A stretch of DNA of 64,000 nucleotides from Lama guanicoe (Eukaryota): the NCBI GenBank assembly GCA_013239625.1, contig MU057357.1:4806045-4870044 (forward strand), in the 5' to 3' direction. The stretch's first letter is position 1; every line of letters begins with the position of its first letter. Position numbers and translations under genes: made by a program. The notes beneath the pieces were generated by a model that ran no database searches, had not been told where the DNA came from, and was given only the letters and a program-made list of their open reading frames with translations. This document shows positions 12,231-26,572 of the stretch, in pieces.

Positions 12231-13771
12231 TAAAAATGCTAGCTATAATTTGGGACTGAATTCCAGGCACTTCGAAGTGAACTCCAGTAACTGAGGCCTC
12301 TGTTTACTAAGCTGGTTCCTGCTTTGCAAACAGTTAGGGGAGGAGATAACATGTGAGGAGAGCACTTTGAAAAGTTAAGTGCAGTGTAAAGTGCAAGGTA
12401 TTATTATTCGCAAAGGAATTATACACACGGAGGAACATCTGTAGGCTCTGAGGGGCTGATTGCAGCGCGGGTTCCTGCCTTGCTGACACTTAGGAGGGGA
12501 ATATGGGGGAGGAGCTGGGACACATGGCCGTGATTGGGCTGCCTCTGTGGCCCCCCCACTTCTTTTCCATGATCACCCAGCCCTCCTCTACTTGTTCAAA
12601 GTTCAGGGATCCAGGGTATCGGATTCGGACAGGGCCACACTGCTGAGACCCATTGTGGCCGTCAGGGAGTCTTTTGTCCCCACAGAGCCCTGGTTTCCTC
12701 ACGTGTAAGAGTCTTGACTTACTTTGTCTTTAAAGCTCTAAGAAAATTACAAGACGATTGTAAACTTCAAAGTAAATTTGACGTTTTTGACCGATATGTA
12801 AATGTACACATTTTATTCACTAAAATGTTCTTATCTTCCCAAACTTTAGAGCGTTCTAATATCAACTGAGTTGATTTTCCAATTTACCTAAACATACGTA
12901 CACATACACACACGTAAACATGCACATATATATATATATAAAAAATGTGTCAAGATTACTGATTCAAGATTTATATATATTCAAGATTTCTTTTTCCCAA
13001 GACTTTTATAACCAAGCCAGATCTCACTCCTGTTGGGCACTGAGAACAGAATGCCAACTCTAAACCGTACATCATTTTTTGGAAAAAGGAATTAGGCTAC
13101 AAATGGAAATTTATTTTTACTCTTGCCCAAGTTTTCTACAAACTCTTAAGGAACGTAATCCAGTGCCAAGCAAATATTTACCTTTTAAATGGTCATTAAT
13201 AATTTAGGAATTTGTATGCAGCGGCTGAAGCCAGTGACCACAAAGCTATTGTTTTAAGAATACCATATAATATGATAATGAAGTTTTTTTATGGTAGTGG
13301 TTATTGTGTTGATAGCAACAGGGTTTATTATTACTTATCACATGCTGATTGTTACTGCTATTTGATTTATGCAGAATTCACCTGGGGAAACGTACTTTAA
13401 TTCAGAATATATATATGTGTGTGTGTGTATATATATATGGAAATTAGCCGGAAATTAGCCGATAAACTTATAATCTATTTTCAATAAAACAGATTTCTCC
13501 TGGGGATTTAAAATTATAATTATATTATAAAAATATTTGCTTTATCACCTCAGTTTAATACTGTGATTCAGAGCAGAGGTTCTGACTAGCAGTGCTTGAA
13601 ACCATTATTTACTACCAAGGTGACAAGTCTTCATCCTGTTATTTCACCTCCCACAAACCTCAGTTTTCTCATCTGTGAAATGGGCATGCAATATCTGCCT
13701 GACTTACATGATGGTAGCAAAGAGCTTGTGGCTTACAGCTTTTGAAAATGTTCTTTTTTAACTTTCAATAG

Positions 13772-13830
13772 ACGGAGTAAATACAGCAAAGCAAAACAAG
13801 AAGCAGATGAAGAGAAACATTTGAATCAAG
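13772..13830 (+). CDS. EPHA4: EPHA4 exon 9 (juxtamembrane)
   Basis: caatag|A ... AAG|gtacag; 59 bp; RSKYSKAKQEADEEKHLNQ; phases fit exons 8 and 10. Confidence 0.96.
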
Positions 13831-14361
13831 GTACAGAATAATTTTATTTTTAGAGCACGTCTCATGTTTTCTGTTTCAAAATGTCTAAATAATATTCCTG
13901 TGGCCATTAATATTATATTCCTTTCATGGAATTATCCAAATAATGTACTTCATAATGTACTTCAGGGTAGCAAATTGAAGTAGGTGATTTGTGATTGTTT
14001 AAAGTGAGATTAAAGATGGATATTGGAGAATCTCTTCAGATTCTTCATTTTCCTTATTTTATCCTTCACCCTGAAAATGTATTGGTCGAGCTGGCTCAGT
14101 TTTGCAACTGGGTGGCAAGATTTAATAGGTAACAGTTTTTCTCATGCTACGAGGTAAATCTGGGGAGACAAACAGAATAAGGAATCGAACACACCACAGA
14201 ATATTGCTACGGAATTCGGAACAATCATTATTTCTTCAGTGGATTCTGGTTACTCTGATGTTCCAAATGAGGTCGAAGATTAAATTTAGAGAGTCAGCTC
14301 TGAATGACCTGAGAAAGATGGAAGACTCTGAAATGGACCGTGGTGGCTGACGCCCGGAGCA

Positions 14362-14565
14362 CTCCCTGTCCAGTAGAACTTTCTGAGACAGTGGTAGAGT
14401 TCTTTACCTGCACCATCTAAATGCATTAACCAATAACCACATGCGCTATTGGATACTTGAAAAGTAGCTAGTATGAAGGAGGAGATGAATTTTAAATTTT
14501 ATTTAATTTTAACTAATTTACATTTAAATAGCAACAAGTGGCTAATAGCCACCCTTTTAGCATAG
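14362..14565. mobile_element. MER3-like hAT-Charlie MITE
   Basis: ctgtccagtagaactttctg..ccacatgcgctattg..aattttatttaattttaactaattta..aaatagcaacaagtggcta. Confidence 0.8.
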
Positions 14566-15562
14566 GGAGGTAGAAGAGCACAACAATAACCTCCAGGAAG
14601 GTTTTTGGCTGGAGCATATAAAGCAGTGAAGGGGCATGGAGTGTCTGACGGTTTTGCATTTGTTCATCTTGTTTTCCTTCCAAAACCACACTTTCTCATT
14701 TGTACAAAGTATAGATTTTTAAAAACAAAAATGCTGGGTTTTTTTTTTTTTTTTGAGGTGAGGACAAAACTGACAGTCCTGGAAAATCAAAGAGGCTGGA
14801 CCAACTAGTGTCCTGCACCTCTCAGCATCCCACAGCCCCAGGAGCTACAGCAGGGAAAGGAGAGGTGTGAATGCCAGTGGAAAGTTCCCACTAATACATC
14901 GTGTCCCCGACTTCTCTGGGCGGGCCGCCTCGGAGCTCACGTGTAGTTTACAAGTGACTGTGGGGTGTGGCTGAATGACACTTCCTAGTATTCAAACCAT
15001 TCATAATTCGGCTACAACATTTTCTTCCTTGGAAGCTTCCAGGTGAAATTCAGTGTCTTTACAAAACAGCACCTTCTTTCCAAAACAGAATAAATTGGAA
15101 ATCCAATATAGAGTTTGTATCCTCAAATCACCTACTGGGCATTACCCTTCTTTGTCCATTTAACCTAGATCTAATGTTTCTTTGTTCATTGTTGGTCCAG
15201 ATAGGGGGCAAAAGGTGACACCTTGTGACCTGGTCATTTGAGAACGTTTCTCTTATCTTCCCTAATTGAATATAGCTGGAGATGGTGGGTAGGCCGGGAG
15301 CGACTGATTGGGACAACAATATTTAGCTAACGCATTCCAAATTTCCTTAAGAGACTCTCTTTTCCTCCATGGGATAGATTATTTTTAAAATTTCATCCTT
15401 GAAGTGTGAAGACATTCCAGGAACTCAGGAGCGCTACAGCGTCTTAAGTAGCTAACAATTCTTTGTTTACCCACTAGTGCAAACCAGAGCAAGACTTCAA
15501 ACATGTTCACAGGTCTCTGCTAAGTGTTTTTCCTCATGCTAGAAGAACTTTGCCCGTGCTAA

Positions 15563-15775
<213 letters not shown>

Positions 15776-15831
15776 TAATAAGCCTGTTTTCTTTGTGGAT
15801 GTTAAATATAGTAAGGGTGCGGATTATATAA

Positions 15832-16236
<405 letters not shown>

Positions 16237-17179
16237 TAGAAGTCACTGGCAAATTAAACACACATTTTCCTTCCAGGGCAATGACAGATGGAGCAGACCC
16301 ACTGATTGCTAATAGGAGGAAATCAGCGCGGGACAAGTCATTAATCTTGTAGTCAGCTCGAAATGGGTCCATGGTTTAGGCTGATGCCTTATTTCCAAGG
16401 CAGCTTGTGTGAGATTTTAGGGAAATTAATACTGCAGATTTTTGGTATGCCTCGCCATCTTTCAAATCTTTGCTAGACTCAACTGATTGTCACAGGGTAG
16501 GCGCAAGCAGATGGGAAGCAAAATAAATTTTAAATACTTTTCGTATAAAACACAACAAAACCTCACCACACCTTGTTCTGGAAGCTTCCGTTCCAGACGC
16601 AGGGAGTGAATCTTAGGAATCTGTTATGTTGGGGGATTTGCTTGTCTGCTCTGCTTGATTTATAGCAGTCGCAGTTCAGCACCTATTTACAGTAACACTG
16701 GTTGAACCTTCCTTTTTTAGTCCATTAGCATTCGCTGAGCCCGTGAACCACGCTTCAGTTACAATACGACACAGCTCAACAGATGCGTTTTGCCAAGCAA
16801 GCCCTGAATACATCTGTAAGGCTGGCTAAGACCAACGGATAAAACGCCACATGAACAGGGCAGCTGAAATGGTTACGACTGAAGCTGGCTCAGCTCCAGG
16901 AGCCGCAGGACCCACTACAGTTACTACAAGTCAAGGGTCTTGGAAGCCTGGGTCTGTGTCTCCAGGAAGTGCCGTTTAATTTGATTCCAGCTGTCCCTGA
17001 GAAGCATCCTTCATCCATGGGTGCAGAGTGGCTGCTGCAGTGGGTGAAGTGGAGGTGGTTAAAGAGCAGACTTCGGACATGAGATCTGGGGCAGAGGGGG
17101 TGTGAGACACAAGGGTACATGGGCTTCAAGAAGAGATTATAAAGAGATTACTAAAAAGCGAGAGCACGTGGACACTAAT

Positions 17180-17352
17180 TCAGCTGTCCTCAAACTTAGA
17201 CATCAGAATCCTGGGAAACTCATTCAGACCCTTTTCCTGGACCCCATCCTCCAGGGTTTGATTCGGAGGGTGGGGCCCATGAGTTTGCATATCTAAAGAG
17301 CTCAAGTTCAACCAGACCCTCATTTCTGGGACCGCCCTTTGAGAACCATTGG
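17180..17352. mobile_element. MER5A-like hAT-Charlie MITE
   Basis: ctcaaactt..catcagaatc..tttgcatatctaa..ctttgagaaccattg. Confidence 0.7.
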
Positions 17353-19976
17353 CCGGTTCACCAAAGACTTGCACATAGCACTTACTGCTGGTAAAGCCCG
17401 TGGTCTTGACTAGTTACTCAGCCTTTCAGTTTCCTCATCTGTAAAATAGAGATAAAAGTAGAACTTGCTGTCCAAGGTTATTTTGGATCAAATATTTAGC
17501 GTGTTTAGCATGATGCTTAGCAAATTTAAAAAGAAGAAAAACTAAGTGTTAACTAGCATTGCTGTGTCTTAAGAAGCACATCTTTAAAGAAGTACATCTT
17601 TCCCCATCTTAGGAATCCTTCAAAAAAGGAACCTTGGTGCTGAGGATATATAAACTTCCACCTAAGGTGAAGGCTATAATTAGCATAGAATAGCTCTCTT
17701 TGCTTCTTAAGATTAGTTTTACAGACAGGATATTTTTTCTCTTGCCTGCGGCCTTCGGGGCTGCCCAGAGCCCTCCACTACTTTAATTAAAAGATAACAT
17801 TCCTTTTAAATGCTTCTGCAGGTCCATTTTCTCAAAAGGAGGCTCTGTTCAGCGTGGGGTGTTTTTCCTGGGGCAGACAGTTGATGTTCGTAGCACCTCG
17901 GCAGAAGAGAGAAGGAACAGGGGATCTTTGTGTTAAAGTCCCACCGCGCCTCTAAAACACGTAGCTATTACAGCTGTAACTGTTATAAACGACTGGATGC
18001 ATTTGCATAATGCAGTTGTCACTGAATTTAAATGATTTAAAATTTCCACCGGAGGAGCTGTCCCCTCTCCCCTCTTTCCCCTCCCAGCTGCATCCCTGCC
18101 TGTTTCAGGGAAGAAGCTGCCTTCATCTGGGAACCCCGCCTGGGACCATAGTATAAGCCCCTCTGCTTGTAGAGACATTCATCTTTATTTCTCTTGTAGA
18201 GCAAAGAAAGATTCTGACAAATGGCTGTTTTGAATAAACATAAGTAGGAATGTAGAAAGATCAAGAAGTCGGACTAGGGAGATGTGAAAGTGAAAAGATG
18301 GAATGCAAGAGTGGGAATTCATTACCAGCAGTTCCTTGAGGAACTTTTTAAATGGACAGGGAGGTGATAAATTCTTGCCACTACCCCCCTCTCTTCTGGA
18401 TCTTCTGCTGTCTTCCCCGCACTTCAGAGGGATCCGGTGAAATGCAATGAGGTGTTAATACACCGCCAAGAGAGTCACCCTTTCTCATCCATTGACAAGG
18501 TATCTTTTGATGGAGGCAGGTTAATTAAAACTCATTTAGATGCATTTGTTCTCTGTGGTCACAGATGCAGAGGGCAAATGAATCTGGGGACCGAGAGCTT
18601 CCCATTGATATTTGATGGAGGATGGAAAGGTGTACCGGGACCACTTCCTCCAGCCCCGAGGGAAGAGACTAGAAGTGCTTTCCTTCATCCTTTGGTCTAC
18701 ACCAAGATTTTCTGCTTTCTCTGCCAGCTTTCATTCATCACTTGAAAATAAAATGTCTATCGCATGGTTTTTTCATCCGACATTTTTGCCTCTGAAAGGT
18801 TCTTGGGCATGACACCCAATGCACAATCAAAACACAAATTGATAAATGGGACTTTCTTTGAAATTAAAACCTTCTACACTTCCAAATGTTTGCCTCTGAA
18901 ATGAAGACATTTCCCCATTCCCCACATCAGCACAGAGTCTAATCTGATAGGGGCTCTGGGTGGGAAATGTGTTTGCTTTGAATAATTATGGGGGTTTTCC
19001 AGCAGCGACACATCCCAGCCCATTTTCCCTGACTGCATGTCTAAGTCCAAACAGGCCACAGGGGACGGCAGTGAATATTTTTGATTTATCAAATTAAATT
19101 CTTTTCCTCCCAGAGACTCTTTTATGTTCTCTTTGCTTTAACCCTTCCGTTAGTAAAATATTGAAGATTTTCCCCCTCACCCCCACCTGACTCCCACAAA
19201 TACCCTTTAGAAAGAGAATTTCAGACCTTGAGTCCATAGCAATTAAGAAACTGAAGAATGATTCTGATTTCCTAAGGTCCTTAGAAAGAAAACTAAAGTG
19301 AAATGAAAGTGTGATTTCCTCCACTTCTCCCAAACCTTAAAATCATTTTGATGTCTTTGCTTAAAAAAGGGAATGGGGCGTATCAGTGTTCAAGTACTGA
19401 ATTAACATTGCGATCTAGGATGAAATAACTTATTGAGCCTTTTCTGTGATTTTGTTGTTTTTGTTGCTGAAGTCGGCAGCCTAAGGAAGCAGATAGAATA
19501 AGTTTATTTATAGACAGAGAAAAGAAAGAATATAGCCGCTGACCTGAGCGAGGCAGGAGGAAAGAAGTTAATATTGCACATGCTTGAGTTTTAAGATGTG
19601 TCTGGGGAATGACGTATCCAGTATAGCTACCGCTCCCAGTAACATGGGTTTCTCTAAATAGGTAAAAAAAGTTTCTCCATTCATTGATTTCTTTAACATT
19701 GCGCAAGTGGCTCTTCTGGGGACAAAATAAATGAATTATCCTAAAGATTTGTTTCTCCTTTAAACGGGCCTGCCCATTTATCTTCTCTGTTTGCTTGAGA
19801 GTGCAAATGCCGATTCATGTGTTCCCTGGATACCGGAGGCCACTTTTGTTAAAGACCTTGTCAACAGGCCGCCCAAAGGGTTAACCTTCCAGATGGAATT
19901 TAAACCTACTCGTCCTTTTAATATTTCATTCCTAGCTCCCCACAGCTGAGGCACAAGCTTGGCTTGTTTTAATTAA

Positions 19977-20291
<315 letters not shown>

Positions 20292-20548
20292 TGATTTTTA
20301 AAGGCTATTCAGTTATCCATGTTCAGGGAGGGTAGTACTTGATTTATTCTTGTATCGTGGGGCTGTTTGAGCCATAGATTCATTACAGTTGGAGAGTTTC
20401 CATCTATCACAGGAAGCGAACCCACTCCTAGGATATACGCCACTGGTGAATTAGTGGCTTTGGTCAGAAAGGCCCGGAAATAATATTGAGTTTCACTGCA
20501 CACCGGATACAGATATCAGAAAAGATCCAAGTAATAAATGCTTGGTGA

Positions 20549-20869
<321 letters not shown>

Positions 20870-22648
20870 TGATGTTTAAGCCCTTTTGTGATTTTACAAC
20901 TTGGCTCATCCTTCAGAACCTCTTCATAGCCAGGCATCCATTTTTAAACCATGTTTCCAAGAGGGATTTTCAAACAGCCTCTGGATGTGGGACCGCTTTC
21001 CAAAGCCACAGACTAGAGCGTCACGTATTACTGAATTTTTTTCACACTTAACCTTCAGTCCGTCCTTCCTGTTTGTTTTAGATTTCCCACTGGGTTCCTT
21101 TTTATTATTTAAAAAAAAAAACTCATTTTAAACAAGACCAAATACTGTTTCTTGTTGGCTGCCTACTGAATCTGAGAATGTATATACAGGATTTATAAAA
21201 CATTTACACTACGCAAGGTTTCCCACTATCTAATGGCCTTCATTTTACTACTGGTAGATAAACTGGGATTAAGACACAGTTAAGAGTTATCAGCATACAG
21301 TTAATGGCTATGCTATCGTAGCTGGACCATCTGAATATAAGATCCTAATGGAATGAACACAGAATCATAAAAGTTATTGGCCATTAGGACTGACACTGTT
21401 AAAATCCACATGAAGCAGACCAGCCACTTCCCTCCTTTAATGCTCACCGTTTTGTATCTGCAGTCGTAAACGTTGGGGGTTTTTTGTATAGTTTATTGGG
21501 TGTGGGGGTTTTTGGTTTTCTGTGGGTTTTTTGGTTGTCTTTTGGGTGTGTTCACTTTCTTTGGCTGTAGTTTTGGTTCCTTTACATCTCCTCTTCTGAA
21601 TTCTAAGTCCATTCGTTTAGGAAAGAGTGCATCTTTGTCCACGCTAAAGACTTTTAGTTTTTTTTTCCCAGTAGTTGGAGAAAGGAAAGCTAAAGGAAGC
21701 TTCTAGAATGGTACATTTACATAGATAAACTCTTAGCTAAATATTTCAAGAAGACAGAAGGCAGTATAAGTGTCCGGCTGCAGAGAACAAGCATAAATGT
21801 AATACACTAGGTTTTCAGAGTAAACGGCAGCAAAGGAATGCAATTTCCAGTACAATGTATTGCCCTGTTTAGTAGCCCTAATAAAGCGAAGAAAACTTTT
21901 AAAGAATGTCCTCTTGAACAGCTGAAGTATGTGAATTAAAGCTGAATGAATTTCCCCAGATGGAACCCTAAGAAATATGAAACTCCATTGAAAATATGTT
22001 GCACATAAGCATAATCAAACAAGAGGCATTTGAGGCCTTTTAACTTTTCTTGGGTAATATTCAATTGCTTTACCATTTTTGCAGGTTTAAAAAGTAATAA
22101 TAAGTATCAAAACCTTGCCCTCACTCCATTAAAGTCAGTAATGGCTCTCACATCTGTTACTATTCGACTTCCTCTAAGAGCCTTTTTAGCATATTATCTT
22201 CTAGCTACGTTGGAAATGTTACCCATACTCTGTAAGAGTTGGATGGACAGTGGGATGGCTAGAAATGTTCATATCTAACTTCCTTAGTTGATGATGTCAG
22301 AAGCAATATTAAGTATCGCCTTTGTGCTCCTGGGCAAGAGAATACAAGAAGTCGTAATTACTATCAGCTGCACATCCATTGATAGACACCATGAACAGCG
22401 TGTATTTTGTAAAATCTAAAATTCTCTTTCTTCTACAGTATTGCCTTAAGCAGAGCTCAGATAATAGGGAGATTAAAAAAATAAAATTAAAGTGATTAGT
22501 TGTTTACCTCCCTCAAGAAAACGTATGAGAACCGTCTCGACCTGGAAGACTTTAGTTGGAATAAGTGAGTCCCTTGTTCCTGTTTGGAGAGCTGTCTCAG
22601 GGATGCTGTCGTCCTGCTTGGCAAATGGTAGCACCATTCAGAAACTAA

Positions 22649-22885
<237 letters not shown>

Positions 22886-23050
22886 TGAGATTCAGGAAGT
22901 TTCACACTAGTGTCTGATAGTGAGTGTTGAGCTTGAAACGATATGTTACGCTTAAGATTCTTAATACAAATGTGTCTAGTAATCTAGCTAAAGCTTATTA
23001 TGGTCCTGGATTTCAAGGACCAAGGTTACAAAGCCTAAATGGTGAAGTAT

Positions 23051-23076
23051 GGGAGGGAGGGAGGGAGGGAGGGAGG
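23051..23076 (+). repeat. (GGGA)n microsatellite
   Basis: Six GGGA units; G4/triplex-prone. Confidence 0.9.
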
Positions 23077-26000
23077 TGCATAGCCTGATATGTAGTGATA
23101 GGTGTCAATATTTTTACTTGATTAACTTTCAAACCTGTACTGAAACAAAATTAAACTTTGAATTTTAAGAAAATGCAGAGATATGGGAAAAACACAAATT
23201 TCACATGAGATGAAATTGACACAAAAGGCTTATTGGAAGAAAACTAGTGAATATTTTAAAGCTGGCAAAGCTGTAATTAGAGCTTGCCCCTTGAGGACTC
23301 TAAAATCAAGCTTCACTAAATGACCCTTTGTAAATTATGCACATCCCTTTAAATGTACCATCTGGACGACTTTGTAAGGGAGTATCCTCAATGCCTGCAA
23401 CTTCAGAAAAGCATTCAGTAATGACACTAATAAGATTCCAGAGTAATAGAATTTAATTACAAACATCTCCAGTGAGAAAGAAAAAAGCAAATCTAGACCA
23501 GGAGGTCTTCCTAGAACGTGTATTAGCTAATTCTGGGACACTGTTAGTTCTAGAAGGGTTGGAAATCTGAACAAAATAAAATGGCCGCTTTTTGAACTTT
23601 CCTAATTTCATATGCATGAGGTAGAAATGTTTACGTGTGTTAAGTATGAGTGTGTTTATGAATGTGTGATACTCAATTTATCAATAAAAATTCTCTTTTA
23701 GAAAAAATTTTCTTTTAAAAAATGTTCTCTGGTGTGGAATGTTACCTGACCATCCGCCTTGCCCTGAAACAACAGGACTTTGCAAAGCCTTGATAATTAA
23801 GTGACAAACCAGGGACACTCAAGAAATAGGATGCTGGTTGCCTTATCAGTAGAAGAATGTTCATTACAGAAGCTAATGCACACCATGTCCAGTGGGGCAA
23901 AAAGAATTCTCTAACCAGACTAAGAGGAATGGTAGTGTTGACATTGTATTATCTGTAAATTACAAAGGAAGGTTCATGGCACATTGGAAGACAGACAGCA
24001 GCCAGCATAACTGATGGATAATTGCAGGCTGGAGAAAGACTGTGGAAGTGCATGGAGTATAATCTATTGTTTGCTGAGATGCGGCTTTGCAGACACCTTC
24101 AAGTACTTTTCATACGGTAACATTTAGTTTCGAGTTAGAGACATTCAGAGGAACAAAGACAACCTAGAAAAATGAGGAGTGCTTGTATTTACTCATTGAA
24201 TTATTCGATAGTTAAGCGTTTCTTCCTTTCAGTTGAGAGTGGATGTTTTCAAGAGGGGAATATCTGAAGATGTTGTTGGTTTTCCTGCTCTAAATAATTC
24301 TGACCTAGAGTTTTGACAGTTTCTACTATATTAAAAACAATTCTGTTGTTGTTTTAAACTTTCAGTTGTCTGGCTTTATGCATGAAAAAGCATCTGAAGC
24401 CAATTCTCTCCCACAAATAATATTGATCTATCATTCACGTGTGTTTGTCTCTGCATTGGATTCTGTGTAGAACAGGAATCAATGGGAAATGTAACTGGAG
24501 AATAATTCTCGTGGGTAGAATTCATTGGCATATGGTGAATAGAGTCAAAGTAACAGTGGAAAATATGTCAGAAAACTTACCAAGGTTTATGTTTGTTTTA
24601 ATGCTCTGCACCCCAAAAAAACATTCAGCAGGAAATGGAGAAAATATGCTTTGTTAACACACAAGCCATCTTCCAAGCTGGCAGTGGAGAGGGAGCTAAT
24701 GAGAATCTCCTAGGCAGTCTGAGGGTTTGTAACAAATTGTGTGAACCTGGCATCAGCCCAGTGTTGCTTGCATTCTCATCAGTTCAGTGTAAAATGTTTT
24801 CATCTCGTCTAGAGTCAACGCCATGCACCTGGAAAGATAAAAGAAAAGTCAGAGGATCAAACTGACCTAACGTAATTGCCAGAAATAAATACCACCATGT
24901 CCAGCAACACATAGAAGGCTGCTTTGGAAGCAGAAGTAAACAATAGTAAGACAATAGGATGTTGGCAAACAATGCATGGGAGGAAAAGGTTCAGAGGGCT
25001 TAATAAGTCACAAGATGATTGTTAAACTGAAATAGTATCCTGGTTGAAGGGACAGCGGTTATACTGGTACATAGAAACTGGTCCCAACTGAATTGAGTTT
25101 TTTCTATTGAAGACCAGTCGTTGAGCAGTAATAGACCCCGCACAGCGGGAATCCGGCGCTGTCATTGAGGTGGCTGCGGTCCGTGGTGGTTTGGCTAGGC
25201 GCTGTCATTTTAGTAGGGGGAAAAAAAAAGGACTGATTTAAAACAAATAAAACTTTTTAAAATCTCCAAACAAAAGCGCCTCCAGAACCTCAGAGGATAC
25301 CTGTAAATAAAGCGTATAAGTAGCCAAGAAATTAAGATGACATCCCCTTTTTAAGTTGGGCATAAGTCATACTATGTTATGTTACTGGGATTCACACCCT
25401 AAAGAAGGGCAGTTTAGAGGAAAGCCAGTAAGAAAAATACTGTGAAGACAGATTTGAAAAATGAGAATTAGAAAAATTAGAATTACAAGCCCATTAAATG
25501 GTTTATGGCTTATTAGGCAGGAGGATCACTCTGGACAGGAGACAGTTATCACCTATCATAGCTTCTTTCCTTAGATCTGTAAGGGTCTTCTTTAAAATAT
25601 AAATGCCCTAAAATAAGTTGCTTTTATTATGAGGATGATTTAAATTTTAAATCTAGTTATTAACACCTTTAGCAAGGTCAAATGGCAGCCAAATGAGACC
25701 AAGAAAGAGCTACAGAATTGGTAAATTGGTATATTTTGGTCCCAAAAGTAAAAATTGCTGGGCATCTAAAGAGGTTAAGGAATATGCTGTTTTAGAGAGA
25801 GGCAGTGTCTTCTGGATTGGGAAGGTGGGTTCTGGTACTGACCCATTAGCTGTCTGAGCAAGAAGTCACAGGCTTAAAATAATGCAGGGGGACTTCCATT
25901 TTAAAGGAACTATTAATGTTTCCCAAGGAAGGTCTCTAACTCTAAGCTAGAGTATCTTTTCCTAAGAGAGTTTAGCAGATGCTGGGGAGGAGAATGGAGA

Positions 26001-26347
26001 GGGTCATCGCCCTGTGGTCTCTGGGGGCCAGGCCAGCACCGTGTTGTTGATCTGATTGGGTTCTAACCACTTTGGAACACTGATGCATCTTCACTTGAGA
26101 GTTTCAGGTGGGCACTGTCTGCTGTTCGAGAACCCCTCATAGCAACAGCTGGCTTGCCCGCCCTGTTGCCAGCAACACTTAGGTCTAGCTTTGGCTTCTG
26201 TGCAGAAATTGGAGCTGTTCCCGTGCTCAAGCTCGCTGGCAATTTAATGTACAGGGAACTTGCCCAGCAGGAGGGTGAACTTCTAATAACAGCTTGCCTG
26301 GCAGCTTAACATAACCATTCTGGTTTTGTTTTTTTTTTTTTTGAAAG

Positions 26348-26541
26348 GTGATTAAAGCCATCGAGGAANNNNNNNNNNNNNNNNNNNNNNNNNNNNNNNN
26401 NNNNNNNNNNNNNNNNNNNNNNNNNNNNNNNNNNNNNNNNNNNNNNNNNNNNNNNNNNNNNNNNNNNNNNNNNNNNNNNNNNNNNNNNNNNNNNNNNNNN
26501 NNNNNNNNNNNNNNNNNNNNNNNNNNNNNNNNNNNNNNNNN
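26348..26541 (+). CDS. EPHA4: EPHA4 exon 15 (kinase C-lobe); only the first 21 nt are visible, end inferred inside the N-gap
   Basis: T-tract + aaag|GTG ATT AAA GCC ATC GAG GAA = VIKAIEE, then Ns. End coordinate assumes a 194-bp exon (recalled 986-aa protein; phase 2 needed to join exon 16). Confidence 0.8.
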
Positions 26542-26572
26542 NNNNNNNNNNNNNNNNNNNNNNNNNNNNNNN
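26369..26572. other. Assembly gap (hides most of EPHA4 exon 15)
   Basis: Run of 204 N. Confidence 0.99.

Noticed and set aside
13439-13965. Short tandem duplications GGAAATTAGCC x2 and ATAATGTACTTC x2 (similar cases at ~52997 and 56786-56827; GGAGTCAC x3 at ~60362-60398)
   Set aside because: Ordinary slippage micro-duplications; no spacer structure, not CRISPR-like.
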